Shown here one piece after another: positions 63,572-64,000 of a stretch of 64,000 nt of DNA. The number at the start of each line of letters is the position of its first letter. The stretch's first letter is position 1. The translations under genes were made by a program, and so were the position numbers. The notes beneath the pieces were generated by a model. The model did no database searches and was not told where the DNA came from. It saw only the letters and a list, made by a program, of their open reading frames with translations. The DNA is from Octopus bimaculoides (lineage: Eukaryota): assembly GCF_001194135.2 (NCBI RefSeq), contig NC_068991.1, positions 65,349,026-65,413,025 on the forward strand, given 5' to 3'.

Positions 63572-64000
63572 AACATGAAATCTGATGCACATACAATGTA
63601 TATGTGTGTGATGATGATGTGTACATCAGATATTATCTATGTGTATGTTGTATATGTTTATATATGTGTACACACACATATACATATTTATAAACATGAA
63701 ACATGCATGTGTCCATATTACGTAGTGTAATAAGTGTGTAATTATATGAATATTCACACACACATCAAACGAGGGCATTGTAACAGCCATAACCACAACA
63801 GTAATGTGACATTTGCCAAGAATATCAAATTGGCGTATGTTGCTTCATTTGATTCATGTAATGAGAGGATTTGATGTTGCCGCTACAGACGACCGCCACC
63901 GCCATCACAACTAAACTAATACGAACAACATTACCACCTCCACCACCACTGCTAACATCTACACTTCTTCAGAACCACAAGCCAACAAGAGTGTCTCTAC

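Overview
AT-rich animal genomic DNA from a gapped draft assembly (10 N-gaps). The SINE families, RTE remnants and dense (TA)n/(CA)n/(GAT)n microsatellites point to a coleoid cephalopod, probably Octopus (inference). The only protein family I can recognise is in the first coding exon of a minus-strand gene (516..331): signal peptide, acidic linker, then YARGSVCGYCEYCK, which matches the start of the Cys-rich C-terminal domain of HRC (sarcoplasmic reticulum histidine-rich calcium-binding protein). Several isolated exon-like segments with canonical splice sites suggest one or more further intron-rich genes that I cannot name: plus strand 3255, 13419, 18558, 55092 and 55284; minus-strand terminal exon 24124..24014. 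CpG-retaining regions at about 1-1000 and 45180-47450 look like promoter regions. The rest is mobile DNA: at least five SINE-like families, decayed RTE/RTE-X, possible Tx1 and Penelope pieces, a convergent mariner pair, a DD37D (maT) transposase remnant, and MITEs with piggyBac-, hAT- and Tc1/mariner-type ends. The most unusual element is a CpG-rich 219-bp foldback element with a perfect 9-bp TSD whose 88-bp inverted arms carry telomeric CCCTAA/TTAGGG repeats (42755-42973). Most ORFs in the supplied track are artefacts of repeats or gaps.
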